Positions 29,193-38,494 of a DNA stretch of 64,000 bases are shown piece by piece (position 1 is the stretch's first letter; each line of letters starts with the position of its first letter). The stretch spans positions 2,837,044 through 2,901,043 of the forward strand of contig OZ242272.1 of NCBI GenBank assembly GCA_965207135.1, read 5' to 3'. Made by a program: the position numbers and the translations under genes. The notes under the pieces were generated by a model. It had not been told where the DNA came from and ran no database searches. It was given only the letters and a program-made list of their open reading frames with translations. This DNA comes from Chloroflexota bacterium (GTDB lineage: Bacteria; Chloroflexota; UBA11872; VXOZ01).

Positions 29193-29981
29193 TTAACGCT
29201 GCTCGCTCTCGTAGGCACGGTAGATGTCCACCGAGCGGTACAGCTCGTCCATGACTTCCGGAATCAGCACCTCCGCCGTGGGTCCGCAGGCGATAACGCT
29301 GCGGTTGAGGCACAGACAATCGTCGGTCAACCGCCGGATGTAGCTGATGTTGTGCGAAGCGAGGAGGATGGTCTTCCCCGCGTCGCGCATCTCTTGCAGC
29401 ACAAGGGTCATGACCTCTTGGGAGGTGAAGTCTACTCCCCGAAAGGCTTCATCCAGAATCAGCACCTGCACATCCTGCGCCAGGGCGCGGGCGACGAAGA
29501 CCCGTTGCTGCTGTCCGCCGGAGAGTTCCGCAATCAGAGCATCGCGCCTGTCCCACATCCAAACTTGGTTGAGGGCGTCCTCCACGGCTTGCTTGTCGGC
29601 GCTCCCCGGCCGGCGAATCCACCCGATCTGCCGCGTTCGGCCCAGCATCACCATGTCCCGCACCGTCATGGGCAGGTCCCAGTTGATATTCTGGCGCTGC
29701 GGCACGAACGCGACCTGCCCTCGCGAGTCCCCTATCGACTTGCCGTTGATGCGGACCCGGCCCCCTCTGGACGGGATGAGACCGGTGAGTGTATTGAAGA
29801 GCGTGCTCTTGCCGGCGCCGTTGGGGCCAATAACGCCCATGATGCGAGAGCTGTTCGCGGAGAAGGTAACACCATTGAGCACCTGGACCTCACCGCGGTC
29901 CACGTAGAGGTCCTCCACGGAAAGTGACGGCAGGGCCGCGTCGCTAGACTGCTCCCGCGTACTTTCTGCGGCCACGTTCAT
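29193..29981 (-). CDS. znuC: Metal ABC transporter ATP-binding protein
   Basis: Walker A GPNGAGKST, signature LSGGQQQRV and Walker B ILDEAF. It overlaps the upstream binding-protein gene by 4 nt. Confidence 0.8.
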   Translation of the reverse strand: MNVAAESTREQSSDAALPSLSVEDLYVDRGEVQVLNGVTFSANSSRIMGVIGPNGAGKSTLFNTLTGLIPSRGGRVRINGKSIGDSRGQVAFVPQRQNINWDLPMTVRDMVMLGRTRQIGWIRRPGSADKQAVEDALNQVWMWDRRDALIAELSGGQQQRVFVARALAQDVQVLILDEAFRGVDFTSQEVMTLVLQEMRDAGKTILLASHNISYIRRLTDDCLCLNRSVIACGPTAEVLIPEVMDELYRSVDIYRAYESEQR

Positions 29982-31171
29982 TGCAACGCCTCAACAACGA
30001 GCCGGACGTTGGACTGCACCATGGTGATGTAGGTATCCGCGCCACTGCCCTCGGATCCGAGGGAATCCGAGTAGAGCCGCACGAGCGTTGCGCCGGCCTC
30101 ATTCGCCAAGGCGGTGGCGAGGCGCTCCCGCGCAATCTTTTCACCAAATACTGCCTGCACGTCACGCTCTCTCATCAAATCGACGAGATGCGCCAGATGC
30201 TCCGCTGACGGTTCCGCATCTTCAGCAATCGACAGGATTATCCCCACAACCTCGAACCCGTAACGAACCGCGAAGTAACGGAAATAGTCGTGCGAACCGA
30301 GAATCAACCGCTTCTCAGCCGGCACCGCGTTGACCTGTTCCAGCGTCCATGCGTGGAGTGCCAGGACTTCCGCGTTGTAGGCGGCTGCATTGGCTAGGTA
30401 TTCGTCCGCATGATCCGGATCGAGTTCCGCGAAACGGGCGGCAATCGCATTGATCGCAACTACAACACGGAGTGGATCGAACCAGAAGTGCGGGTTGTGC
30501 GCCCCGTGGTCGTGTCCGTGCTCAGCTTCTTCGTCGTCGGCGTGGCCGTTGTCTTCGTCATCGTGGCCTTCATCCTCGTCGTCGTCATGGCCTTCTTCTT
30601 CGTCATCGCCATGGCCATTGTCATCATCGTCATGACCTTCTTCTTCATCGTCGTCGTGGCCGTCGTCGTCTTCGTCGTGGCCTTCATCCTCGTCGTCGTC
30701 ATGGCCTTCTTCTTCATCGTCGTCGTGGTCGCCCTCATCCTCCGTATCGCCCAGGATGGGATCGACGAGGTCGCCCAACGTCAGCACTATCGACGAATCC
30801 CGCGCCACATTGCGCAAGAGCTCTTCAAGCCAGAAGCCCTCCATGCCCAGTCCGATGGCAATAATCAAGTCGGCTTCTGCGATTTTGGCCGCGTCGCGGG
30901 GTCCGGGTTGGAAACCGTGCGGGTCCACGTCTGTCGGTATGAGGCTTGCCACTTCCACACGTTCGCCGCCGACTGCCTTGGCCCAGTCCGCGAGGACATT
31001 CGTGACGGCAATGACACGAATCGCCGGCGCCTCAGAGGGCGCGGGCTCAGCGCTTGGCTCGTCGCCTCCGCACGCGGCAACAGTTACGAGCACAAGTATC
31101 ACGAACGCCGTCCACAGACTTTGCCGCAGACGGCGGAACTGGGCCATGCTCCTGCCGAAAACTCGTCTCAT
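29978..31171 (-). CDS. znuA: Metal ABC transporter solute-binding lipoprotein (ZnuA-like) with an expanded His/Asp/Glu-rich loop
   Basis: Lipobox VTVAACGG and a TroA/ZnuA-like fold (DPHFWFDP-type HNPHFWFDP). An acidic His-rich loop of about 85 aa is present. The start could be 31171 or 31147. Confidence 0.78.
   Translation of the reverse strand: MRRVFGRSMAQFRRLRQSLWTAFVILVLVTVAACGGDEPSAEPAPSEAPAIRVIAVTNVLADWAKAVGGERVEVASLIPTDVDPHGFQPGPRDAAKIAEADLIIAIGLGMEGFWLEELLRNVARDSSIVLTLGDLVDPILGDTEDEGDHDDDEEEGHDDDEDEGHDEDDDGHDDDEEEGHDDDDNGHGDDEEEGHDDDEDEGHDDEDNGHADDEEAEHGHDHGAHNPHFWFDPLRVVVAINAIAARFAELDPDHADEYLANAAAYNAEVLALHAWTLEQVNAVPAEKRLILGSHDYFRYFAVRYGFEVVGIILSIAEDAEPSAEHLAHLVDLMRERDVQAVFGEKIARERLATALANEAGATLVRLYSDSLGSEGSGADTYITMVQSNVRLVVEALQ
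30495..30745. repeat. In-frame degenerate tandem repeats (units about 24 and 45 nt, plus a 38-nt exact duplicate) encoding a (GHDDDEEE/GHDDDDN)n loop
   Basis: Protein segment DEGDHDDDEEEGHDDDEDEGHDEDDDGHDDDEEEGHDDDDNGHGDDEEEGHDDDEDEGHDDEDNGHADDEEAEHGHDHGAHNPH. The DNA block GTGGCCTTCATCCTCGTCGTCGTCATGGCCTTCTTCTTC occurs twice (30563-30600 and 30678-30716). Confidence 0.8.
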
Positions 31172-31255
31172 CTTCCTGAAACCTCTTTGTTTCTATGCAA
31201 CACACCTGCCGTTTGGGATAAAAGCCTCATGCTAGCCCGCCTAACTCACCCGACG

Positions 31256-32080
31256 CTAGCGTTGCGTCGCCGCGACCGCCTGGCACGCCTCAATGAACTG
31301 ATCGTACCCGATCGTGTCCCCCACTGCCTGTTGAAAGTACTTTAGCGCCGAACGGGTCATGAGCCGCTCGGGAAAGGTATCCGGGTACTCCACTGCCAGC
31401 GTCGCTTCACGAATGAGGAAGACCCTATAGCCGTAGCCCAGCATCGGTTGCGTAGCGCCGGCGGAGCCCAGGATGCACATGTTCGTCGCGAACCCCGTGT
31501 AAATGAGATTCTTGATGCCCTTGCTGCGGCAGATGCGGTCGAACTGGGCGCTGGTGAGAATCACCTGATCGCCGGGCTCAGCGTCGCATGACTGGATGAT
31601 GCGCATCTGCTGCCAGCCGTCCCAGTCGCTGTAGCCTTTGCCGTGGGAGCGTTCCGCGCGCTCCAGGTTCCAACCCGGATTGGCCTCCGGCGGGCGCGCC
31701 GGTCCGGGCGGCGGGTTCGTATCTTCTTCTTCCAGCATGTAGTGGACCGAGTCGTACTTCATAGCAATGTTCCCCGGCTCCACGTGAAATATCTGCATGC
31801 CGGCATCGCGAGCGGCTGCGATTGCCGGGCGGATATAATTGTCGGCAATCCGTACTGATTCACCTTGGTTTTCGAGCGTGCCCATGTCCACAAAGTATTC
31901 ATCCGGCACTGCCGGACCATTCACGTCGCCCATGTTCCAGAGATGCAGCGCGACGAAGCCGGTTTCCGCCGGATTGAGATTGAACTCTTCTTCAACCCAA
32001 TCGGCATCACGCAAATTGGGCGTACCCCAATGCGTGCCCAGCAATCGCAGACCTACCTTTGTTTCGGTTGCCACAGTCAT
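31256..32080 (-). CDS. Isochorismatase-family (cysteine hydrolase) protein
   Basis: NLIYTGFATNMCI is the catalytic Cys region of the isochorismatase fold. The N-terminus carries a conserved D...K arrangement. It is larger than typical members because of an internal insertion. Confidence 0.65.
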   Translation of the reverse strand: MTVATETKVGLRLLGTHWGTPNLRDADWVEEEFNLNPAETGFVALHLWNMGDVNGPAVPDEYFVDMGTLENQGESVRIADNYIRPAIAAARDAGMQIFHVEPGNIAMKYDSVHYMLEEEDTNPPPGPARPPEANPGWNLERAERSHGKGYSDWDGWQQMRIIQSCDAEPGDQVILTSAQFDRICRSKGIKNLIYTGFATNMCILGSAGATQPMLGYGYRVFLIREATLAVEYPDTFPERLMTRSALKYFQQAVGDTIGYDQFIEACQAVAATQR

Positions 32081-32150
32081 TCATCCCTCCGCAATTAATT
32101 GCGAGATTTCTTGTATGATAGGGGAGGTAAACTTGCCCCACGTAAGCGGC

Positions 32151-32480
32151 TCACGGTAGAAGCACTTGCAGGACAGCAAGGACGCCAGCCGCGCCCACGA
32201 CGAGAGTGCCCAAGCGCAGCGTCAGACGCAATTCCAAGTCTTTCAGGTCGGCTTTCGTTGATTGCGCCAACGCTTGTAGATGCATATCTAATGCTTGTAT
32301 GCGAATGTCTAGCGCTTGAATTTCAGTTTTGGTCATTTGCGCTAGGTCTTGCAGATCGGCTTTGGTTGCTAGCGCCTCGTGAGATTCGCCGACCGCGCCA
32401 ATTGGGGCCTCAGCTTGTGTTTCGTTGAAGCCGGCAGCTGTGAGCGTCTTTACGGCCTTATGGGTATCGAATACAGCCAT
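32151..32480 (-). CDS. DUF1640-like coiled-coil protein with a C-terminal transmembrane helix
   Basis: MAVFDTHKAVKTLTAAGFNETQAEA... has repeated ATKADLQDL/STKADLKDLELR heptad-like units and ends LGTLVVGAAGVLAVLQVLLP. A paralog lies at 59437-59737. Confidence 0.65.
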   Translation of the reverse strand: MAVFDTHKAVKTLTAAGFNETQAEAPIGAVGESHEALATKADLQDLAQMTKTEIQALDIRIQALDMHLQALAQSTKADLKDLELRLTLRLGTLVVGAAGVLAVLQVLLP

Positions 32481-32575
32481 TGGTCGCCTTTCTTACTGCG
32501 TGCGCATAGTCACATCACGCACGTTCCTTTGCGAGACACCACGCCACCACTCTCACACTATGTCCATACTACTGC

Positions 32576-32603
32576 GTAGGGGCACGACATGTCGTGCCCC
32601 TAC
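32576..32603. repeat. Perfect 28-nt palindrome, repeat family A, copy 2 (GTAGGGGCACGACATGTCGTGCCCCTAC)
   Basis: The core is identical to 27128-27155. It is intergenic, between the binding-protein gene and the DUF1640 gene. Confidence 0.8.
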
Positions 32604-32659
32604 AAAAGTTAATCATGCAATCACTTTAGCCACCGACCATCGGCCGGCGAGCGACTACG

Positions 32660-34051
32660 TTAGCAGAGGCAGCCGCCCTCGCGGAGCGCGTTCTCGGCAA
32701 CCCTTTGCATCTCTTCCTGGACCTCTTGGACCGTCTTGGTTTCCAGCTCCAAGGCTTCCCAGTTTTCGGTCCACGCAGAGTTGACGTCAGACTGTTTGAC
32801 CACCTGACGCTGTTCCACGCTGATCTCGGCAGAGCGCGCGTATACTTCCGGATCCTCATAGTCGTAGACTGTGAAGCCCTGGAAGTTCTTGTTCGATACG
32901 TAGCGTCCGCCGCCCAGCGGCACGATGAAGCTCTGACCTTCCTGGCTCAGCCAGAATTTGTAGAAGTCCCATGCGCCATCGGGATTCTCAGAAGAGCTGG
33001 AGATCCAGTTCGCGTTGATGGACTGCACGATCTGGCGTCCCGCCGGACCATTCGGCAGCATTTCCATCTCTACCGTGAACGGTTCCTCCTGGGACATTAT
33101 CTGCTCTTCGATCGTCCGCGTGCCGTACGATCCCCAGGTGCGGCCCGCCAGCAATTGCGTGTTGAAGTCCGCTGCCACGTCGTTCTCACTTGGGGCGGCT
33201 CGACTCGGCATCACGCGGTGCTTCGTCACCAAGTCAGCGGCAAACTGTGTGCCTTCGGCAAACTCTTGCGAGAGCATAGCCGGCGCCGAAAAGTCTTCAT
33301 TCCACCACGTTGCGCCATACGCCATCAAGTGGATCCAGTGCCAACCGAATGAGTAGGAGGGCGTCCAGAAGCCCCACTGCGTCACGTTATTGCCCTCTAC
33401 CGTGGTCAGTTTCTTCGCGCCTTCCAGCAACGCATCCCAGGTCCACGTGCCCTCGGCTTCATGCTCCTTGGGAGTCTTGAGACCGGCCTCGGCGTAGAGA
33501 TCGGCGTTGTACCAATACTCTTTGCCGTTGGTGAACCAAGCAATACTGTACACCTGTCCTTGGATACGCTCCGTCGCCCAGACGTGATAGTCGTCCTTGC
33601 TGACCTCAGCGTCTGCCGACAAGAACGGCTCCAGCGACTGGATCATCTCCGCCGTCGCGAACTGGCTGATGTAAGAAAAGTGGCCGTAGTATACGTCGTA
33701 GGAAATGCCGCCGGCAAACGACGCCAACGCCTTATCGATGGTCTCCGCGAAACAGCAAACCGTAGGGTCGACCTGCAGGTCGTACTCCGGATACCGCTCG
33801 CGGAACGTGTCAAAGAAGGCGCCAAACGACTCGTCCCACACCGCTTGATTCGTGGTGACGTGCAGGTACTTGACGATTTTCTGCTCGGCTGGGGCCGGGG
33901 CCTCGGCAGCCTTTTCTTCCTTGGGCGCTTCCGCCGCAGGCGCGTCGCCTGCAGGGGCGGTCGCTACCTGCCCGCATGCCGCAAGCAGCAAGCCGGTACC
34001 GGCTACCGCAGTGCCGCCAAGGAACGTCCGTCGTGTCAAATCTCCACGCAT
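32660..34051 (-). CDS. ABC transporter solute-binding protein (family 1), Tat/lipoprotein; paralog of 20905-22296
   Basis: MRGDLTRRTFLGGTAVAGTGLLLAACGQ carries a Tat motif and a lipobox. It is clearly homologous to the 20905 gene, including the shared C-terminal ...LEEGGCIC / LREGGCLC. Confidence 0.78.
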   Translation of the reverse strand: MRGDLTRRTFLGGTAVAGTGLLLAACGQVATAPAGDAPAAEAPKEEKAAEAPAPAEQKIVKYLHVTTNQAVWDESFGAFFDTFRERYPEYDLQVDPTVCCFAETIDKALASFAGGISYDVYYGHFSYISQFATAEMIQSLEPFLSADAEVSKDDYHVWATERIQGQVYSIAWFTNGKEYWYNADLYAEAGLKTPKEHEAEGTWTWDALLEGAKKLTTVEGNNVTQWGFWTPSYSFGWHWIHLMAYGATWWNEDFSAPAMLSQEFAEGTQFAADLVTKHRVMPSRAAPSENDVAADFNTQLLAGRTWGSYGTRTIEEQIMSQEEPFTVEMEMLPNGPAGRQIVQSINANWISSSSENPDGAWDFYKFWLSQEGQSFIVPLGGGRYVSNKNFQGFTVYDYEDPEVYARSAEISVEQRQVVKQSDVNSAWTENWEALELETKTVQEVQEEMQRVAENALREGGCLC

Positions 34052-34436
34052 GACCTGCCTCCTGCAAAAAATGCTGTCTCTATTAGGAAACTAACCTGCG
34101 GGCGGTCCGCCCTTAGGCCAATGCTCCAAGTCAACTCGCGATCCAACTATCATCCTCTCAGGACCTTGCCTTCACCTTACAGCGGCTGCCCGCACATGCG
34201 AGAGCGCTTTATCCTGCTGAGCTCGCATTCTTGATTTAATTGACCCCTCCTTTGCGTGACCCCTCAGCGTACACACCATCTATTAAGAAGAAGACAAGAA
34301 CTGCAAGAAAGTTATAGCACGTTTTTGAACAGTTGTCATCCGATTTAGCAGGACTAACGGTTAGGCTGCCTGTGCGAGAAGCCGGGCAATGAACGCCGCT
34401 CTTTGCACCACTGGAGTATTTTTCTCCAGCGCGTAG

Positions 34437-34465
34437 TTGACAGCCAACAATTACCGTTTTAGAAT
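34437..34465 (+). promoter_or_regulatory. Sigma70-type promoter TTGACA-N17-TAGAAT
   Basis: Consensus -35 at 34437-34442, an exact 17-nt spacer, and -10 TAGAAT at 34460-34465. It sits about 85 nt upstream of the ATG at 34550. Confidence 0.55.
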
Positions 34466-34549
34466 GCCCCCAGCTACGAGGGGTGGCCTGGCAGGATTAT
34501 GGCGAATCATGCCAGAAGCAAAGTTGACAACAAAGAAGGAGGTAGCGCC

Positions 34550-35992
34550 ATGCTCGAAAGTACGTCTCTATCCCGACGTCGCCTACTAGCGGGGTCGGCA
34601 ATGCTAGGGGCAACGTCTGTCGTTTTTGCCGCCTGCGGCGGCGCAGCGCCGGCAGACTCCGGCTCCATGGAGGAAGCCAAGGCAGAGCCGGAATCCAAAG
34701 AAGCAGCGCCTGCTAAGGAAATGGAGAGCGTAAATATCGTCGCTTTCCTTAAGGTGCCGACTGAACTCGAGCAAGAGTTCATGCAGAACATGGCCGACCC
34801 GTACATCGCCGAGAATGAAGGAACGACGGTTGAGCTCGTTTCTCAGGTAGGCGGTACGGCCGACCGTGTTGCCAAGATCAAGACCATGCAGGCCGGCGGC
34901 ATTCCGCCGGACATCTCCGAGTTCCCGCGCCGCGCCTTTGCGCAGGTGATGCAGGACCTCGCCCAGAACATGGATGACCTGGTCAAGGCTGCCCAGCTCG
35001 ATTTGAGCGTCTACAATCCGAATCTCCTCGAGCGCGATGCCATGTTCCAGGGGCAGGTCTACCTGCTGCCCATGGGTCACGGCGGCAACGCCCACGTGGT
35101 CATGATCAACCCCAACTACTTTGAGGCAGCGGGACTCGACTACCCGTCGGCGGACGTGGAGAACTCCTGGACGTGGGACGAGTGGCTTGAAGTGATGGTC
35201 AAGCTGCGCGAATTCGAGGGGGACGAAGTGAGCCAGTGGGCGATGGGCAACCACGCACACGACTGGTGCTCATGGCAGTTGCTCTGGGGCGACGAGTGTA
35301 GCTGGATTTCGCAGGACCTGACAACGGCCACCTGTGATTCCGAAGCCATGATTGACTGCTACACGAGTTTCTTCGATCTCGTGCACAAGCACAAGGTCAT
35401 TCCGCCGCAGGCTGACCGCAACGCCACGTATTTCGGCGGGCAGAATCCCTTCCTGACCGGTCAGGTGCCGTTGATGATCTCTGCGCCGCGCAGTTTGCCG
35501 CTCACGTACGCCGACCAGGCGCTCGAGCAGGGCGTAGACTTCGTGATGGCGCCCATGCCGCGTGTGGAGCGCTCCACGCCGGACGCCAACCAGCACAAGC
35601 TCGGTCTGGTTTACGGCAGTGAAAAGCGTGAAGCGGCCTTCAACTACATGGTCTTCCTTCTCGACAAAGGACGCTTGGGCAAGTTCGTCCGCAGAATCCC
35701 GGCTTGGATTCCTGAGATTGAGCCCTTCATCAATGAAGCGTTCGATGGGTACACCAACCCGCGCATTTCGGTGGCACAGGACGCACTCGCGACTGCCGTC
35801 CCGCAGTGGAATGTGGGTACGACGCCCGTGAGCGGTCAGATTACGACTCTGCTCAACGAGAATGGCGACGCTAGGCTTTGGACCGGTGAGCAGGACGCGG
35901 CGACCTTCCTCAAGGAAATTCAGCCGACCATGCAAGCGATCGTGGACGACGGCCTCAAGATCATCCGCGAGAAGCTTGGTAGCTGGCCGTAA
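34550..35992 (+). CDS. ABC transporter solute-binding protein (family 1), Tat/lipoprotein
   Basis: The start is taken at ATG 34550 (MLESTSLSRRRLLAGSAMLGATSVVFAACGG), with an AAGGAGG RBS 7 nt upstream. Tat motif plus a lipobox. Confidence 0.8.
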   Translation: MLESTSLSRRRLLAGSAMLGATSVVFAACGGAAPADSGSMEEAKAEPESKEAAPAKEMESVNIVAFLKVPTELEQEFMQNMADPYIAENEGTTVELVSQVGGTADRVAKIKTMQAGGIPPDISEFPRRAFAQVMQDLAQNMDDLVKAAQLDLSVYNPNLLERDAMFQGQVYLLPMGHGGNAHVVMINPNYFEAAGLDYPSADVENSWTWDEWLEVMVKLREFEGDEVSQWAMGNHAHDWCSWQLLWGDECSWISQDLTTATCDSEAMIDCYTSFFDLVHKHKVIPPQADRNATYFGGQNPFLTGQVPLMISAPRSLPLTYADQALEQGVDFVMAPMPRVERSTPDANQHKLGLVYGSEKREAAFNYMVFLLDKGRLGKFVRRIPAWIPEIEPFINEAFDGYTNPRISVAQDALATAVPQWNVGTTPVSGQITTLLNENGDARLWTGEQDAATFLKEIQPTMQAIVDDGLKIIREKLGSWP

Positions 35993-36061
35993 ATCGACTG
36001 CAGCGCTGAGTCACTGCGCGTGACCTATAAGTCGCTTGCATTGCGATTGACGCTGGAACGA

Positions 36062-36105
36062 AACGGCCGCGAACCCATGGGTTCGCGGCCGTTTCCGCTT
36101 TTCTT
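36062..36105 (+). terminator. Rho-independent terminator after the binding-protein gene
   Basis: Perfect 32-nt palindrome AACGGCCGCGAACCCATGGGTTCGCGGCCGTT followed by TCCGCTTTTCTT. Confidence 0.6.
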
Positions 36106-36221
36106 GGCCGAGAGGCGACGTCTTCCCCTGGCGCGCCTTCCGCCGTTACCCGACAACCGGTTGAAGGCCGGCTGCCGCACACAGCCGGCTGTGCCCGTTT
36201 CTGCACCTCCGCGAAAGCGGG

Positions 36222-36500
36222 TCAGGGCAGCATCAGCCGTTGCTGACTGCTCTTCGGTACGCGCACAACCTCGCCTCGCGCCTCTAGGTCGAGCTTCACT
36301 GTAGTTACATACCAGGAGATGGACCCTGAAAACGTGCTTGCCAGCATGTTGCGCACCTCCGCCGTCAAGTCATTAAACGTCAGCGTGCCGCTCACGCGCA
36401 GCGATTGGAGAATCGCCTCGCGCACTGCATCGTACTTGTGCCTATCGATGTTCACGCCGGTTTTACCTGCGGGATGCAGTGTCATGATCTTGTCTGCCAT
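36222..36500 (-). CDS. Small hypothetical protein (92 aa)
   Basis: Non-repetitive, protein-like composition (MADKIMTLHPAGKTGVNIDRHKYDAVREAILQ...). No recognisable motif and a weak RBS. Confidence 0.4.
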   Translation of the reverse strand: MADKIMTLHPAGKTGVNIDRHKYDAVREAILQSLRVSGTLTFNDLTAEVRNMLASTFSGSISWYVTTVKLDLEARGEVVRVPKSSQQRLMLP

Positions 36501-36692
36501 TCGCTGCGCTCGCTTTCTGCCGAGATGCTGTATGCGCGTCCTTCTTCAGTCGGAAGACGCCTTGGGCAATCCCATGCTATTGCTCAATCTATTGCTATAC
36601 TCATTCCTGCAGAAAGGCTCGCCGAGCGCAGCCCTTCCATCCGTTGACGCGAGCACCCTTCCAGTGGTACCGTTCCAAAGTAACCCCAAGGT

Positions 36693-38057
36693 GTGGAGTC
36701 AATAGTGAGCAGACCACAGACGCTTCGAGGCTTCAACAACCCCCTCTCGCGTCGCCACCTCCTCCTTTACAGTGCCCTACTGGCTGCTGCCTGCAACCGT
36801 ACCGAGGCCTTCGGCAACGAGCAAGACCCGCTCAGCCTGCGCCTCGTCTACTGGGGCTATGAACCGCAATTGCTCGCCTGGAATTTGGACCGGTTTACCA
36901 CGCAATACCCCGGTTTGCGGGTCACGCCGGAGGCATTCAGTTCGGACTATTTTCAGACCGTTAGTCTCCTCTTGAATGAGGGTCAACCCATAGACACCGT
37001 CTATGTGCGGGAGACCGATCTTGCGGCGTGGGCGGAGGCCGGCTGGCTCGAACCGCTTGATGGACTCGACGGCATCAAGCAGTATCGCGACTCCATGATT
37101 CCCCAGGCGGCAGCGGGCATCCAATACAAGGGCGAGACGTATGGTTTGCCCTATTATACGGAGTGCGCGCACTGGGTCTACGATGAGAGCATTCTCCAAA
37201 GCGCCGGGATCACACTGCCCCCGGCGACCTGGGATGAAGTAGCGCAGCAGGCGCGCGAAATCAAGCGGCGCGGCTTGATAGAGTACCCCATTCGCCTAAC
37301 TTACCGCACACACACCAGCACCAACATTGACTGGTGGTCGATGGTATATTCACGCGGTGGGACGTTCTTCGACGAAGTGCTCAATCCCATATTCCATCTC
37401 GCCGGCTCCGCTGCAGAGCAAACACTTAATTGGCTCCTAGACGGCATCTACAGCACTGAAATCATCCATGCCGACGTCCTTGGTAGTAGCTACGAAGCGG
37501 CTCTACGCAACCCAACCGCATTCACTATCCAGCCCGGCTATAACTTCCTCTTCAACGTACAGGAGGGCGCCAACGTTCTCGGAAGCCGCCGGGTTGCGCT
37601 CTTTCCGGGGAATGATCCTACGCAAAGTGGATCGGTAATGTGGACGCGGCTCTACGCAATCCCAAGCGGGAGTAAGAATATAGAGGCCGCTTGGGAACTC
37701 CTGCAGTACCTCGGCGGCCTCGATCGTGAGAACCGCTACTTCACGCCGCTCTTTTGGTTTGTAAACCGCTCCTTGGGCAGCGCATACGAATCTCTTTACT
37801 CGGAACCGCAGGTAAAGTCCTTGGCGGAAGAGCGTGGTTTGGGGGACTTGAGCGCCTATCTGCAGCAACGACAGATTGCTCGCCCGCATGAAGGGCGTGA
37901 GGTGCCGTGGTTCCAAGAGTGGGAACACTTTTCACAGCTCGGGATCCAACGAGTGTTGCTCCGCCAAGTGTCGCCGCGAGAGGCGCTGCAACTAATGGCT
38001 GATAAATTCTATGAACTGCGCATTGAGTGGAGCGCGGTGACTTCGCGCCTCGCGTAG
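36693..38057 (+). CDS. ABC transporter solute-binding protein (family 1) with N-terminal signal/lipobox
   Basis: GTG start, possibly 36705 with a GGAG RBS. N-terminus RRHLLLYSALLAAACN. The length and composition are those of an SBP family 1 protein. Confidence 0.72.
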   Translation: MESIVSRPQTLRGFNNPLSRRHLLLYSALLAAACNRTEAFGNEQDPLSLRLVYWGYEPQLLAWNLDRFTTQYPGLRVTPEAFSSDYFQTVSLLLNEGQPIDTVYVRETDLAAWAEAGWLEPLDGLDGIKQYRDSMIPQAAAGIQYKGETYGLPYYTECAHWVYDESILQSAGITLPPATWDEVAQQAREIKRRGLIEYPIRLTYRTHTSTNIDWWSMVYSRGGTFFDEVLNPIFHLAGSAAEQTLNWLLDGIYSTEIIHADVLGSSYEAALRNPTAFTIQPGYNFLFNVQEGANVLGSRRVALFPGNDPTQSGSVMWTRLYAIPSGSKNIEAAWELLQYLGGLDRENRYFTPLFWFVNRSLGSAYESLYSEPQVKSLAEERGLGDLSAYLQQRQIARPHEGREVPWFQEWEHFSQLGIQRVLLRQVSPREALQLMADKFYELRIEWSAVTSRLA

Positions 38058-38103
38058 ACTTCGCGCCTCGCGGCGACTTCGCGTGGCGCGGCAACTTCGC
38101 GCA
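38039..38103. repeat. Four degenerate tandem copies of an approximately 17-nt unit (GACTTCGCGCCTCGCGN)
   Basis: GACTTCGCGCCTCGCGTA GACTTCGCGCCTCGCGGC GACTTCGCGTGGCGCGG CAACTTCGCGCAG spans the stop codon of the preceding gene. Track ORF 38027-38239 is a translation of it. Confidence 0.7.
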
Positions 38104-38227
38104 GTTAGATGCGGCAAGGCGGCGCAGACCGCGCATTCTGACACGTACCTTGCAGCCCCCTGCACCGTTAAGCCAAGAGCGCTGCGACCGAATGGTCGCA
38201 GCGCCTTATTTTAAGACTAATGGTAGC

Positions 38228-38494
38228 TTAGCCGCGTAGGCCAAGATCCTCGATGAGCGAGCGATACCGCTCGGGATCGCGGCGGTGGAGATACCGCAAG
38301 AGACGTCGTCGACGCCCTACCAGCCTGAGCAAGCCCATCTCCGAGTGCTTGTCGTGCTTATTTTCACCCATATGGGCCGAGAGTTGCTGAATGCGATTGG
38401 TCAGCAACGCTATCTGCACCGCGGACGAACCAGTGTCGTTCGCGCTCTCGCCATGCTCCGCTACAATGCTCTTCTTCTGTTCTGTCGTCAGCAC
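38228..38494 (-). CDS. rpsO: 30S ribosomal protein S15
   Basis: [74 protein letters not shown] matches the S15 consensus throughout. GTG start with a GAGGT RBS. Confidence 0.92.
   Translation of the reverse strand: MLTTEQKKSIVAEHGESANDTGSSAVQIALLTNRIQQLSAHMGENKHDKHSEMGLLRLVGRRRRLLRYLHRRDPERYRSLIEDLGLRG

Noticed and set aside
30495-30745. Possible CRISPR-like periodic repeat
   Set aside because: The periodicity is 24/45 nt with no unique spacers, and it lies inside a coding region encoding an acidic His-rich loop. It is not a CRISPR array.
30410-31345. 311-aa plus-strand ORF, and 30460-30738 (-) and 30472-30864 (+) ORFs with poly-V/F/T/R runs
   Set aside because: These are antisense or off-frame readings of the repetitive GHDDDEEE-coding DNA within znuA.
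38027-38239. 70-aa ORF (MERGDFAPRVDFAPRGDFAWRGNFAQ...)
   Set aside because: It is a translation of the 17-nt tandem repeat array, not a gene.
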